Assembly: GCF_009914755.1 (NCBI RefSeq)
Contig: NC_060929.1
Length of the DNA stretch: 64,000 bases
Strand: one strand, 5' to 3'
Source of the DNA: the human T2T-CHM13v2.0 reference genome, Homo sapiens
The position numbers and the translations under genes were made by a program. The notes below the pieces were generated by a model. It saw only the letters and a program-made list of their open reading frames with translations, made no database searches and was not told where the DNA came from. Positions 13,560-30,539 of this stretch are shown piece by piece; within the stretch, counting starts at the first letter, position 1; every line of letters begins with the position of its first letter.

Positions 13560-13865
13560 CAATGCTTTGGTTTTATGGGCAGCTGGGCCACGTGACCAGG
13601 CCCCAAATCCTTTGCTTTATGGGTTGTTTACACATTCCTGGTGAGAAACGGTTTACATTCTGGGCCCTGAGCGCACTCCTAAATCAGCTGCCGGGTTCTT
13701 GCAGTTGGAGGTGAAAGAGATCTGTGTGTCGGTGGGCACCAGGAGGCGAGGGGAGGAACAGAGAGGGGCAGGCTGAGAGGGGCCTGGGGAGGGAGCCCTC
13801 AGGGCCCCGTGTTTCCTGTCTGTGGCACCTGGAACCTATTTCTGAGTCAGCGGGGGGCGCTGTGC
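13560..13865. promoter_or_regulatory. Candidate enhancer with adjacent CTCF-like site
   Basis: 2x TTTATGG, CACGTGAC, CAGCTG, TGTTTAC, ACATTCC, TGAGTCAGC, TCAGCGGGGGGCGCT in repeat-free DNA; motif evidence only. Confidence 0.4.
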
Positions 13866-13889
13866 AGGGCCTGAGGTGGGTAGGAACCT

Positions 13890-14140
13890 GAGGGGCTGCA
13901 TATGCACCATATTCAGGATGTGCTGGGCTCGCACTCAGTGCAGGCACTTGGCACATGTTAGCTCACTGGGTTCCCACAACAGCCCTGGGAGGTTGGGGTT
14001 TTTCCCATTTTCAGAGGAGGAATCAGAGACTCAGGGAAGTAAAGCACCCTGTTCCCTATTACATAGCTGAGGAGTGACAGAGAAGGACACTCGAACCCTG
14101 CTCTGACCAAGGCAAAGGCTGTGGTCTTGCCACTCTCCTT
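13890..14140 (-). mobile_element. MIR
   Basis: CCCATTTTCAGAGGAGGAATCAGAGACTCAG core. Confidence 0.7.
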
Positions 14141-15249
14141 TCTTGTCGCTGGGGCTCCAACAGAGGCCATTTGGGTTGGAACTTAGGAGATGCCTCCTGG
14201 AATGGCGAGGGAGGATGAGGGGGAGGCGATTCCTGTCTGGGTTTTGTGACTTGGCCAAGTCACTGTCTGAAAATCCCGCATCACACAGTTGACCTTGTGG
14301 ATCTGGTGCACAAGATCCCCTGGAAATCATCTGGGCAAGTTCGAGGGTACCCAGTGGGCCCCTGCTTGTCCCTCCCCTCCTCATTCCCTCCTTCCTCTTC
14401 TTTCTCCCAGTTACCCTTCCCCTCTTACCCCCTCCACCCTGAGAGGGTCCTTACGGTCCATTTGTTTTCCTTGGCCCCAGTTCTGCCCTTGGCAGCTGTG
14501 TGGGCTCTTAGGAAGCTGCTCAGATGCTGGGGCAGCTCTCAGCCCCCTGAGTCTTCTCCAAACCATCCAGCCCCAGTGCCTCAGCAGTTCCCCAAGTGAC
14601 GTGGCTTCGAGCCCCTTCCTCATCTTGGATGCTGCCTTCTGAGGTCAGAGCAGGGAGATGACCCAAAGTTGGCGAGGGGAGTTAGCAAGCAGCCTGTGTA
14701 ATGAATGTTCTTCTCTCTCTGGATCCAGAGGCAGCCAGGAGTTGTGGAAAGTGTGCAGGCTCCAAGGAGGGTGACACAGACATGGATTAATGCCCTTTTC
14801 CAACACTGAATCACCTCGCTCAAGGCACTTAACTCTCCCAGCCATGGTTTTCTCCTCTGTAAAGTAGAAGTAACAATTGTAGCAGACATCCATGCTTTGC
14901 CCAGCAGCCTTCCACCTTCCACCTGGTATCCCTAGTTTCCTGTCGAGGTCCCTTCCTCTCCTGCTCTCATCCTATATGAGTTGGGGGTAAGCTTATCCTT
15001 GGCTCAGGGACTAAGGTACTGAGCACTTCCCTCACACTACCTGCTCCCTCCCACAGTGACTGGTTCAGGAATGGGCATTTTTGAGAACACAGCAACCCAC
15101 GGAGCAGAGCCATGCCAGGAGATGGCAATATTATTTGAGTGTCTGCATTAAGCTGTACCAGAAGCCAGATTCTTTTGCCTTTCCAGATAGATACACAGAC
15201 TAATAAATTCCCTGTGGAAGATGAATCACAAAAAAGGCCTCCTTTCTCC

Positions 15250-15902
15250 AATCCTCTCTGTGTTCTCCCGCCTTCTTGCAATATGGCTTTACAGCAATTC
15301 TTATCAAAAGGTGGGATTTATTTCCTTCCTCCCTAAATTTGGGTTGCTGTTGTGATTTGCTTTGGCCAATAGAAGGTGGCAGAAGTGATGGAGGGCCAGT
15401 TCTGAGCATGCCCTTCAAAGAGCTTTGCACACTTATGTTGGCTCTCTTGGACCTGTGAACAAGCCTGAGCTAGCTTGCCAGAGGTGTGGAGACCCAGTTG
15501 TCCCAGCCAAGGCCATCCTGGACCAACCTACAGTCTGCTAGCTGGAAATGCACGGGAGAGTTCAGCCAAAAACAGCAGAGCTGACCACAGAGGCTGAACC
15601 CAGGGAAACCACAAGAACCACCCAGCTCGCTGTAGATTCATGACCAAGAATAAATACTTAACTGTTTTTGTTTTTTGTTTTGAGATGGAGTCTCGCTCTG
15701 TCACCCAGGCTGGAGTGAAGTGGCACAATCTCGGCTCACTGCAACCTCGCCTCCTGATTCAAGCGATTTACCTGCCTCAGCCTCCTGACTAGCTAGGACT
15801 ACAGGCTCATGCCACCGCCCCCGGCTAATTTTTGGAGAATAAATACTTACTGTTTTAAACATTGCATTTTGGGGTGGTTGATTATGCACCAATAGCTGAT
15901 AT
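15250..15902 (+). mobile_element. MaLR LTR (MLT1F/G-like) split by an Alu monomer
   Basis: TTGCTTTGGCCAATAGAAGGTGGCAGAAGTGA; end TTTTGGGGTGGTTGATTATGCACCAATAGCTGATATA. Confidence 0.7.
15670..15836 (-). mobile_element. Alu right monomer (5'-truncated)
   Basis: TSD GAATAAATACTTA(A)CTGTTTT. Confidence 0.88.
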
Positions 15903-16369
15903 ATTCCTTGTTTTGCTTAAATTAGTCCTGGTTGGTTTTTCTGTCATTTTCAATCAGAAAATCCCAGATGATGCAACTGTAATACCTACCTCATAGGACT
16001 GCTCTGAAGATTGGAAGTGACATTGGCAGAGTGGCTGGCACACTTGGGGAGGAGTCAGTAAACAATAGCTGTTGTCATTATTCCCTGTTCATCCTCCCAG
16101 CTACTCCCTCATCCACGTCCTCCAACCACAGGCAGCAAGTCCTCTGCCAGTGTGGAGAGTGGAGGTGGGCACGCTGGCTGAGGGGTGCCCTGGGTGGCCA
16201 TGCTGTTGCTACCAAGCACTGGGGAGGAGACCAGAGAACCCAAGTTCAGTTCCCCATCTTCCAGAGGTGAGCCCTTAAGTGCCCCGTGAGAGAATGAGAT
16301 GCTACTTCTCGGGTTGAACGGAATAAAAGTCTTCAACAAGATTTCCCTATGGTTTAGCAACTCCACTTC

Positions 16370-16793
16370 TGGTATGGGCTGAATTGTGTCCTGCCCACTC
16401 CCCAAAAGTCATAAATTGAAGCACCAATTCCCAATATCTCAGAATGTGACTGTATTTGGAGGAAGAGCTTTTAAAGAAGTAACTAAATTAAAATGAGGCC
16501 ATTAGGGCGGATCCTAATCCAATCTGACTGGTGCCCTTTTAAGAAAAGGAAATTTCGCACAAAGCCACCAGGTATGTATATGTACAGAGAAAATGCTATG
16601 TGAGGGCTCAGCGAGAAGGTATTCGTTATTATTTCTTTTTACTAACCAAAAAGAAAGGCTTCAGGAGAAACCAGCATTGCCAACACCTTGATCTTAGACT
16701 TCCAGTTTCCAGAACTGTGAGAAAATTAATTTTTGTTGTTTAAGCCACCCAGTCTGTGATATTTTAATAAGGCAGCCCTAGCAGACTAATACA
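16370..16793 (+). mobile_element. MLT1B-like solo LTR inserted in a MIR
   Basis: TG..CA ends, TAAGCCACCCAGTCTGTG..GCAGCCCTAGCAGACTAATACA, 5-bp TSD ACTTC (16365-16369, 16794-16798). Confidence 0.88.
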
Positions 16794-17240
16794 ACTTCCT
16801 AACTGTGTAGCTCTAGGCAAGTTACTTCACTTCCTAAATGTCAGTTTCCTCATTTATAAAACAGAAATGAAAAAATAGTAGCCATGGCAGAGGGTGTTGT
16901 GAAGATTAAATGAGATAACACCTATAGCAGAGGTGCCCGGGACCTGGCACAGCATAAGAGCAGAGAATATGTTAGCGATCCCTCGTAGCATGTTATTCAT
17001 TTTAATTTATTCTTTGTTTATTTAGCAGCAACTTGTTTATGATGACAAAAGCCATGTGTTTACTATTCAAAAATCTCATAAAAATACCAAAAAATGCAAA
17101 GTTCTATAAAGTGTCAGCTCCTTTTCCACATATATGTAAACGTTTTAAAACTTACAACCATACCACTCATATCGTCTCCTGACTTCCATCCTTCCTCCAG
17201 CAATAGACCTGCAAACAGTTCTCAAGGGTTTGTTATTCTT

Positions 17241-17538
17241 TTTTTTTTTTTTTTCTTTGAGACAGAGTATCGCTCTATTTCCCAGGCTGGAGTGCAGTGG
17301 CCTGATCTCGGCTCACTACAACCTCCACCTCCTGGGTTCAAGTGATTTCTCCTGCCTCAGCCTCCTGAGTAGCTGGGACTACAGGCGTCTGTCACCAGAC
17401 CAGGCTAATTTTTGTATTTTTAGTAGAGACAGGGTTTCACCATATTGGCCAGGCTGGTCTCGAACTCCTGACCTTGTGATCCACCCGCCTCGGCCTCCCA
17501 AAGTGCTGGGATTACAGGCGTGAGCCACCGCCCCCGGC
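17241..17538 (-). mobile_element. AluS (Sg-like)
   Basis: TSD AGGGTT(T)GTTATTCTT. Confidence 0.94.
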
Positions 17539-17859
17539 AGGGTTGTTATTCTTAAATGATCATTACTGTCTCACTTTGCTGGAAAGGGGGAAAGGGGAAA
17601 CTAAACGTGAGTTTCAAAGAGAATGGCCCTGCTTCCTTTGGGGAAGCTGTTGGCCTCCCTCATTATGGGGCACCGGCCCTTCATACCCCTTCTTGGAGAT
17701 ACTGGTTGAAAGAGGTCCCTGTACACCCCTCCCCAGGCTGGTGCCCAGGCTCTTCTCAACACCCCTCTACCATGCTCACCCCTCATTCCCATTTTCATCC
17801 GCTGCTTTCCTGTCCTGCCCCTCCCAGGTGTTAAATGAGGGGAATTTCAGTCTGGAGTG

Positions 17860-18125
17860 AATGTTTACAGCTTACTTGAAACGCTTAAAAATAAAAATTC
17901 ATCATAAACTGACAGATCCTTAAATTTAACTGTGCAAACAGTGCCGCTATAATATTTAAGCTCCGCTTGAATGGATGTTCTATCAAAACCACATGGGCTC
18001 CCACCTGGTTCCCTCTCTGCGATGGCGGAATTTGAGGAAATGCTGGCGGGATGTTTATTTGGGCTGAAGGCACAGACCTGCTTACTCTGGGTTACCTTTT
18101 TTATGGGTGCCTTCATGTGACTTGG
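17860..18125. promoter_or_regulatory. Candidate enhancer
   Basis: Three FOX-like sites, TCATAAA next to TGACAG, TTTTATGG, AACCACA, TCATGTGAC, several retained CpGs; motif evidence only. Confidence 0.4.
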
Positions 18126-18169
18126 TCGACAGCCCTGGGCCTTGGGCTGCACAGAGTTCCTCTGGAGGC

Positions 18170-18394
18170 GTAGTGAGCAGGAATAGTGCAGGATTCAGAC
18201 TTGCCTGGTTTGAATCTTGGTTCTGCAAGTGACTAGCTGCGTGACCTTCAGAACTTTACCTGTCCTCTCCAAGCCTCAGTTTCCCATCTCTAAAATGGCG
18301 GGAGGTGTGATGACAACAGTTCCTCTTTATCAGAAAACTAGATGAGCTAATTTATGTGACACACAATACCTGGAATATAGCATGTCCTCAATAA

Positions 18395-18437
<43 letters not shown>

Positions 18438-18450
18438 CAGAGAGAGAGAG
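18170..18450 (+). mobile_element. MIR followed by (TG)n(AG)n microsatellite
   Basis: CCTCAGTTTCCCATCTCTAAAATGG core; TG run 18399-18436. Confidence 0.75.
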
Positions 18451-18978
18451 TGAGTAAGGGAGAGAGAGGGCATGTGCTCAGGTGCAATTGATCTAACTCC
18501 TGAGTTTATGACACATGGTCCACCCCGGTCTGCGCAGTCCTGCTCTTATTTTGTTGATTCCTTCTCCTTTACCCTCATTTCCCTTGCCATTCTCTGTCCA
18601 TCCAAGACATCCATTTTAGTCCATTTTGTGGATTATGGGGGTATATATCCTTAACAAAATGTAATGTTGTTTTGGTTTTCATATGGTCTTTTATTGACCT
18701 GAAAGTGTGTTACAGATTTTATTGTTTTTTTGTTTTGTTTTGTTTTGTTTCACTCAGAATGATGTTTTAAACACCCATGCGTGTTGCAGTGTGTACGAGT
18801 CTCTATCTTCTAACTGTGGTTGTTACTACATGCTGTGCCTCCAGCACACTTGACCATCTGCTCCTTAACTGATGGACTCCAGATTGCCCCAACTCAGCCT
18901 CACAAACAATACTGCCTTGGAAATAACTGGACATGTCCTGTATGAACCTGTGTGAAAATTTCATTAGAATATATGACT

Positions 18979-19639
18979 GGAGAAAAACAACAGATGCTGG
19001 TGAGGCTGCGGAGAAAAGGGAACACTTATGCACTGTGGAAAGCCGTTTGGAGATTTCTCAAAGAACTTAGAACTACCGTTTGACCCAGCAATCCCATTAG
19101 TGGGTATATATCCAAAAGAAAATGAATCATTCTACCAAAAAGATACATGCACTCAGGGTATGTTCATCACAGCACTACCCACAATAGCAAAGACATGGAA
19201 TTAACCAGTGGATTGGCTAAAGAAGAGGTAGTACATATACAGGATGGAATGCTACACAGCCATAAAAAAGAATGGAATCACGTCCTTTGCAGCAACATGG
19301 ATGTAGTTGGAGGCCATAATCCTAAGTAAATTAATGCAGGAACAGAAAATCAAACACTGAATGTTCTCACTTACAAGTGGGAGCTAAACTTTGGGTACTC
19401 ACAGACATAAAGATGGTAGCAATAGACACAGAGTGGGGTGACAGGGAGAAGCACAAAGGTTGAAAAACTATTGGGTACTATGCTCACTACCTGGGTGATG
19501 AGATCAATCATACTCCAAAGCTCAGCATCATGGAATATACCCATGTAACACATCTGCACATGTACCCCCTGAATCTAAAATAAAAATTGAGATTATTTTT
19601 TAAAAATATAAATTTAAAATTAAAAATACAAACAAAAAA
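18979..19639 (+). mobile_element. 5'-truncated L1PB/L1MA 3' end
   Basis: ORF2 end and 3'UTR motifs, A-rich tail, TSD AGAAT(A/C)TATGACT at 18966-18978 and 19640-19652. Confidence 0.88.
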
Positions 19640-19938
19640 AGAATCTATGACTAAGAATGAATGGTCAGATAATACGCATGCACATACCTAATTTGACTAA
19701 GAACTGTAAACTGCTAACTCATGCCATTGGGCAATTTTTTTATTCAGGCTCATTTTCTTGTTAGTTGTCAAGAGTTCCTTTCTATTCTTGTTAGCTTCTG
19801 ACAAAGCAAATTGTCTTCCTTCCATCTGTCATCTGTTTACTATATCTGCATTATTCTTCATTGATGAAATTATCAATTTTGATATATTCATATTGTTTTT
19901 TCTTACATTGAGTGTTTTTAGCTTTATATTGTTTGTAT

Positions 19939-20046
19939 TGAGTTATAATTTAAATACAAAAGGATATGTAGAGTGTTAAGTATATAGTAGGATGAGTTAT
20001 AATTTAAATACAAAAGGATATGTAGAGTGTTAAGTATATAGTTGGA
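19939..20046. repeat. 54-bp tandem duplication
   Basis: 19939-19992 and 19993-20046 differ at one base. Confidence 0.95.
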
Positions 20047-20444
20047 TGAGTTTGGACAAGCATCTACACTCATGTAACCACTACCACAGTAAAGATATAC
20101 AACATTTTCACCACGCCAGAAAGTTCCCACTTGCCACTTCCCAGTTAATCCCCCACAAAAGGCAAATACTGCTCTAATTTTCATCACCATAAGTTAGTTT
20201 TTCATATTCTAGAATTTCATATAAATGGAATCTTACATATACTTTTGTGGCTGGCTTTTTTCATTCAATGTGTTTTTCAGATTCATTTGTGTTATTGCAT
20301 ATATCAGTAATTCATTCTTTTTAATTGTTGAATAGTGTATCATAAGAAATTGTGTATCCACTTATCCAACCATAGACATTAGGAGTGTTTCCAGCTTTGA
20401 CTCTTATGAATAAAGCTGCTATAAACATTTATATACAAGCTGTA

Positions 20445-20475
<31 letters not shown>

Positions 20476-20541
20476 TGAGTGTGTGTGTGTGTTCATTTTC
20501 ACTCCTAAGAATGAAATTTTTGGATCATAGATAGATAGGCT

Positions 20542-21012
<471 letters not shown>

Positions 21013-21439
21013 GTTAGGCATTTTACCTTCAAAAGAAACTGTCAAAGTGTTTTCCAAAGTGTTTTTACCTTTTCACACTCAAAACAGAAGTACAAGAGAT
21101 TTTCAAGTGCTCCACTTCCTCACCAACACTTGATATTTTCCATGTTTTAAATTTTAGTCATTCAGGTATGTGATGAGTATCTCATATTGGCTTTAATTTT
21201 GATTTTCCCGTATGTCTACTGATGTTAAACATCTTTTCATGCACTTATTGGGCATTTCTAGATCTCTTTTGCAGAGTATCTCTTCAAATTTTTACCCTTT
21301 TGTTTTAAATTTGACTGTCTTTTATTGTTGAGTTGTAGGAGTTTTTATATATTCTGGATGCAAGTCCTTTGTCAAATATGTGTTTTACACAAATACTTTC
21401 TCCTATTTTGTGGCTCATCTTTTCATTTTTAAGTGATCT

Positions 21440-22050
<611 letters not shown>

Positions 22051-22109
22051 TAAATAATCTTTTTTGATGAGCAGAAGTTTGTATCTTTGATAAAGTCAAA
22101 TTTATCAAT

Positions 22110-23590
<1,481 letters not shown>

Positions 23591-23909
23591 GTTTGTCTTC
23601 TCATTCTCTTGAAAATTTATCAGGATTAATCTTTTATAGGTTTTGCCTATTGAGACCTTTCCAAGAAACATGTTCACCCCAAGATTGTGAAAATACTCTC
23701 TTGTGCTTATTTCTAGAGACTTTACAGTTTTTGCTTTTGCATTTAGATCTTTGATCCATCTGAAATTAATTTTTCAGTACAGTGTAAGGTAGGGGTTGAG
23801 ATGAATTTTTTTTGCATATCAATATCTAGTTGTTACAGACACTTTGTTGAAAAGCCTTTTCTTTCCCCCTTTGATTACTTTGGTATCTTTTGTTGAAATT
23901 CAATTGACG

Positions 23910-24045
23910 ATATATGTACATATATATGTATATAATATATAGTCAATTACATATAATTGACTACATATAAATTGTATATAGAGTCTATATATATATAGTT
24001 TCTCTCTATATATAATGTGTGTGTTTGTGTATATATATACATATG
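23910..24045. repeat. Degenerate (TA)n tract with a 10-bp-arm inverted repeat at 23940-23963
   Basis: TAGTCAATTA-CATA-TAATTGACTA. Confidence 0.8.
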
Positions 24046-24186
24046 CCTTTTATGGGGGACTATTCTTGACACTACCATATTCTCTGGATTATTGTGGCTT
24101 TAGAGTAAGTCTTGAAATCAGGTTGGATAAGTCCTTCAATTTTGTTCTCCTTTTCCAAGATTGATTTGAATATTCTAGGTTTTTTA

Positions 24187-24545
<359 letters not shown>

Positions 24546-24838
24546 TCTGCTGTAATTTTTATTAAGAGTGTGCTAAATCTTTACATAAATTTGGAGATAA
24601 TTAACATTTCAATAATATGGAGTCTTCCAATCCATGAACAAGGTATAGCTCTCCATTTGTTTAGATCTATTTTAATTTCTTTAATCAATATTTTGTAGTT
24701 TTGGTGTAGAGGTCTTACACATCTTTTGATAAATGTATTCTTAAGAACTTTGTGGATCTCAGAGCTATTGTTAATGATATTATTTTATATTTAATTTTTA
24801 AATTACTTGTGCTACTGTATAAAATTGATTTTTTTTAA

Positions 24839-25693
<855 letters not shown>

Positions 25694-26368
25694 AGCATTC
25701 AGCTTTTTGATATTTATTATTATGTTAGACGTAAGCTTTTTATAGATGCCTGTATCAGATTGAAGATGTTCCCTTCCATTGAAAATTGTTACTAGTTTTT
25801 AAGAATCATGATGACATGTTGAATTTTGTCAAAGACATTTCCTTTATTGAGATGATCCTATGATTTTCCTTCTTTATTCTATTAATGTGATGAGTTATAT
25901 TTATTACCTTTTAGATGTTGAACCAAACTTGTAACCCTGAGATGCATCCCATTCTGTTACGATGTATTATCTTTTTTTAGTGGGGTGGAGGGACCAAGAA
26001 TTTTTATCTTATTTTGTTTTTTATTTCAATAGGTTTTTGTGGAACAGGTGGTATTTGGTTACATGGATAAGCTCTTTAGTGGTGATTTCTGAGATTTTGG
26101 TGCACCCATCACCCAAGCAGTGTACACTGTACCCAATGTGCAGTCTTTTATCCTCCACCCCCATCCTACCATTCCCCTTGAGTCCCCAAAGTCCACTGTA
26201 TCATTCTTATGCCTTTGTGTCCTCATAGCTTAGCTTGCACTTGTAAGTGAGAACATAACAATGTTTGGTTTTCCATTCCTGAGTTACTTCACTTAGAATA
26301 ATGGTCTCCAATTCCATCCGGGTTGCTGCAAATGCCATTATTTCATTCCTTTTTATAGCTGAGTATTA

Positions 26369-26389
26369 TTCCAGCATATATATATTCCA

Positions 26390-26441
<52 letters not shown>

Positions 26442-26648
26442 CAGTGTGTATATATATATATATATATTTCAGTGTGTATATATATATATATATATTTCAG
26501 TGTGTATATATATATATAATTCAGTGTGTATATATATATATATTCCAGTGTGTATATATATAATATTCCAGCATATATATATATTCCAGCATATATATAT
26601 TCCAGCATATATATATATGTATATATATATAAATGTGATATATATATC
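26369..26648. repeat. Compound TA minisatellite, unit about TTYCAGYRTRTATATATA
   Basis: About nine TTCCAGCA/TTCAGTGTG heads each followed by (TA)n. Confidence 0.9.
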
Positions 26649-26680
26649 ACATTTTCTTTATCCACTTGTTGACTGATGGG

Positions 26681-27047
26681 TGATATGGTTTGGCTGTGTA
26701 CCCACTCAAATCTCATCTTGAATGGTAGCTGACATAATTCCCACGTGTTGTGGGAGGGACCTGGCGGGAGATAATTTAATCATGAGGGTGGTTTCCCCCA
26801 TACTGTTCTTGGGTTAGTGAATAAGTCTCACAAGATCTGATGGTTTTATAAGGGGTTTTCCTTTTCACTTGCCTCTCATTCTCTTTCTTACCTGCCGCCA
26901 TGTAAGATGTGCCCTTCACCTTCTACCATGATTGTGAGGCCTCCTCAGCCACATGGAACTGTGATTACATTAAAGCTCTTTTTTTAATATATAAATTACT
27001 CAGTCTCAGGTATGTCTTTATCAGCAGCATAAAAACAAACTAATATA
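26681..27047 (+). mobile_element. THE1 solo LTR (MaLR)
   Basis: TGATATGGTTTGGCTGTGT start, TTTATCAGCAGCAT..ACTAATATA end, TSD ATGGG/ATGAG. Confidence 0.93.
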
Positions 27048-28141
27048 ATGAGCAAAAACAAAAACATAAAGTGGGGAAAAGACACCCTAGTCAACAAATG
27101 GTTCTGGGATAACTGGCAAGCCACATGTAGAAGAATGAAACTAGATCCTCATCTCTCGCCTTATACAAAAATCACTCAACATAGGTCAAAGACTTAAATC
27201 TAAGACCTGACACCATAAAAATTTTAGAAGATAACATTGGAAAACCCTTCTAGACATCTGCTTAGACAAAGACTTCATGACCAAGAGCCCAAAAGCAAAT
27301 GCAATGAAAACAAAGATAAATAGATAGGACCTAATTAAACTAAAAAGTTTCTGCACAACAAAAGAAATAATCAGCAGGGTAAACAGACAACCCACAGACT
27401 GGGAGAAAACCTTTGCCAACTACGCAACCAACAAAGGACTAATATCCAGAATCTACAAGGAACTCAAACAAATCAGTAAGAAAAAAACAAACAATCCCAT
27501 CAAAAAGTAGGTTAAGGACATGAATAGACAGTTCTCAAAAAAAGATATACAAATGGCCAAGAAACACATGAAAAAATGCTCAACATCGCTGATTATCAGG
27601 GAAATGCAACTCAAAACCACAATGGCTACCACCTTACTCCTGCAAGAATGGCCATAATTTAAAAATAAAAAATAATAGATGTTGGTGTAGATGTGGTAAA
27701 AAGGGAACACTTTTACACTGCTGGTAAGAATGTAAACTAGTACAACCACTATGGAAAACAGTGTGGAGATTCCTTAAAGAACAAAAATTAGATCTACCAT
27801 TTGATTCAGCAATCCAATCCCACTCCTGGGTATCTACCCAGAGGAAAATAAGTCATTATATGAAAAAGACACTTGGACACACACGTTCATAGCAGCAAAA
27901 TTTGTAATTGCAAAAATATGATACATTGTCTTTTTAATACAATGCTTATTTTGGCTTGTCAGTTTTTGATTAAGGATTTTTGTATCTCACAAGAAATCTT
28001 AATCTATTGTCTTTTTCCTTACCTTGTTATATTCTTGTCATTTTTGGTATCAGGATTATGCTGGATCACAAAACAACTTTGAAAGTGTTCTACTGTCCTT
28101 CACTCCCTGAAAGGATGTATATATGAATAATATTATTTCTT

Positions 28142-28768
<627 letters not shown>

Positions 28769-30251
28769 TTATTTCTTATTTAAATATTTGATGTAATTCA
28801 CCAGTAATGCCATCTGTGCCTAGAATTTTCCTCATGGAAAGGTTTATAATTAAAATTTTAATCTCTCTAGTATACATAAGGTTATTAAAATTTTCTATTT
28901 CTTCTTATACTGGTTTGATAACATGAGTTTGTCTATTTTATTTAAGTAGTTGAATTAGTGGCATAAAGTGGTTTGTCCCTTTTTAATTATTTTTAATATC
29001 TGTAGGATCTCTAGGGATACCTCGTCTGTCATCCCTGATGTTGGTAATTTGTGGTGTTTTTTTTCTCTATCAGTTTAGTTAAGTACTCAATTTTACTAAT
29101 CTTTTAAAAATAATTTTTGGTTCTTTTGATTTTCTCCTAGTGTCCATGCATTTTCTTTTTTAATTTTTGTGGATACATGGTGTATATATTTATGGTGTAT
29201 ATGAGATATTTTGATACAAGCATGTTTATACATTTTCTATTTCACCGATTTCTGCTCTTTATTTTCTATCATCTACAAACTTTACATCTAATTTGCTCTT
29301 CTTTTCCTAATTTCTTAAGTTGGAAGCTTAGATAATTGATTTTCAATCTTTCTTCTTTTCTAACGCAAGCATTTAAAGCTAGAAGTAAATAAGCATTAAG
29401 CTATAAATATCCCTCTAAGAACTTTAACTGCATCCCATAAATTTCAATATGTTGTTTTTCCTTATCGTTTAGTTCACACTGTTTTCTAATTTCCCTTTTG
29501 ACTTCTTTCTTGAGCATAAGTTATTTAGAAGTATGTTGCTTAGTTTTTGATTTTTGGAAATTTTCCATATATTTAATTGCTTTTAAGAAATTTAATTCTG
29601 TTGTGATCAGAGGACATATTTTGTGGGATTTCAGTCAGTACTTTGACATGTATTGAGATTCGCTTCATGGCTCAGCAAATAGTCTATCTTAGTGAACATT
29701 TAATATGCTCTTCAAAAAATGTATATTCAGCAGTTATTGGGTATAGTATTCTATAAATATCAATTTGCTTGATCATGTATTCAAATATTCTATTTCCTTA
29801 CTGATTGATTTGTCTGCTTATTCTATCAATTACAAAAAAAAGAAATATTAACATCACCTACATATTTGTGGATTTCTCTTATTTCTCACTTTGATTCTGT
29901 CCCTTTTTGTTTTTTGCATTTTAAAGGTTTGCTACTGGTTGTGTACACATTGAGAATTATTATATCATCATCATGATTTTAACTTTCTATCTATAAAATG
30001 ACTGTTTTTGGTAATACTTTTTGTCTTGAAATCTAATTTGTCTGATATTAATATAGTCATACTAGTTTCCTTATGCATAGTTTGTGTGACATATTGTGTT
30101 TCATCCTTTTATGTTCAACCTGTCTCTATATTTATATTTAAAGTGACTGTCTTATAAACAGCATATAGTTGAGTCTTGCCTCTTTTTATTCACTTTGAAA
30201 ATCTCTGCCTCTTACTGTACATTTAATGTAACTGTTAATAAGTTTGGGGTT

Positions 30252-30539
30252 GGCCAGGCATGGTGGCTCATGCTCGTTCCTAGCACTTTGGAAGGCCGAA
30301 GTGGGCGGATCACTTGAGGTCAGGAGTTCAAGACCAGCCTGGCCAACGTGGCATAACCCTGTCTCTACTAAAAATACAAAAATTACCCAGGTATGGTGGC
30401 ACTCACCTGTAATCTCAGCTGCTCAGGAGGCTGAGACAGAAAAATCGCTTGAACCCAGGAGACAGAGTTTGCAGTGAGCTGATATTGCACCACTACACTC
30501 CAGCCTGGGCAATAGAGTGAGACTCCCTCTCAAAAAAAA
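30252..30539 (+). mobile_element. AluS
   Basis: TSD A(A/T)GTTTGGGGTT. Confidence 0.93.

Larger units (their letters stand above)
25977..27919 (-). mobile_element. L1PB with 5' inversion (26001-26680 minus; 27053-27919 plus)
   Basis: L1PB 3' end TTTATTTCAATAGGTTTTTG; ORF2 on plus; degenerate TSD 25961-25976 / 27920-27935. Confidence 0.85.

Noticed and set aside
26369-26648. Repeat-spacer (CRISPR-like) look
   Set aside because: Spacers are (TA)n, not unique; human L1-derived minisatellite.
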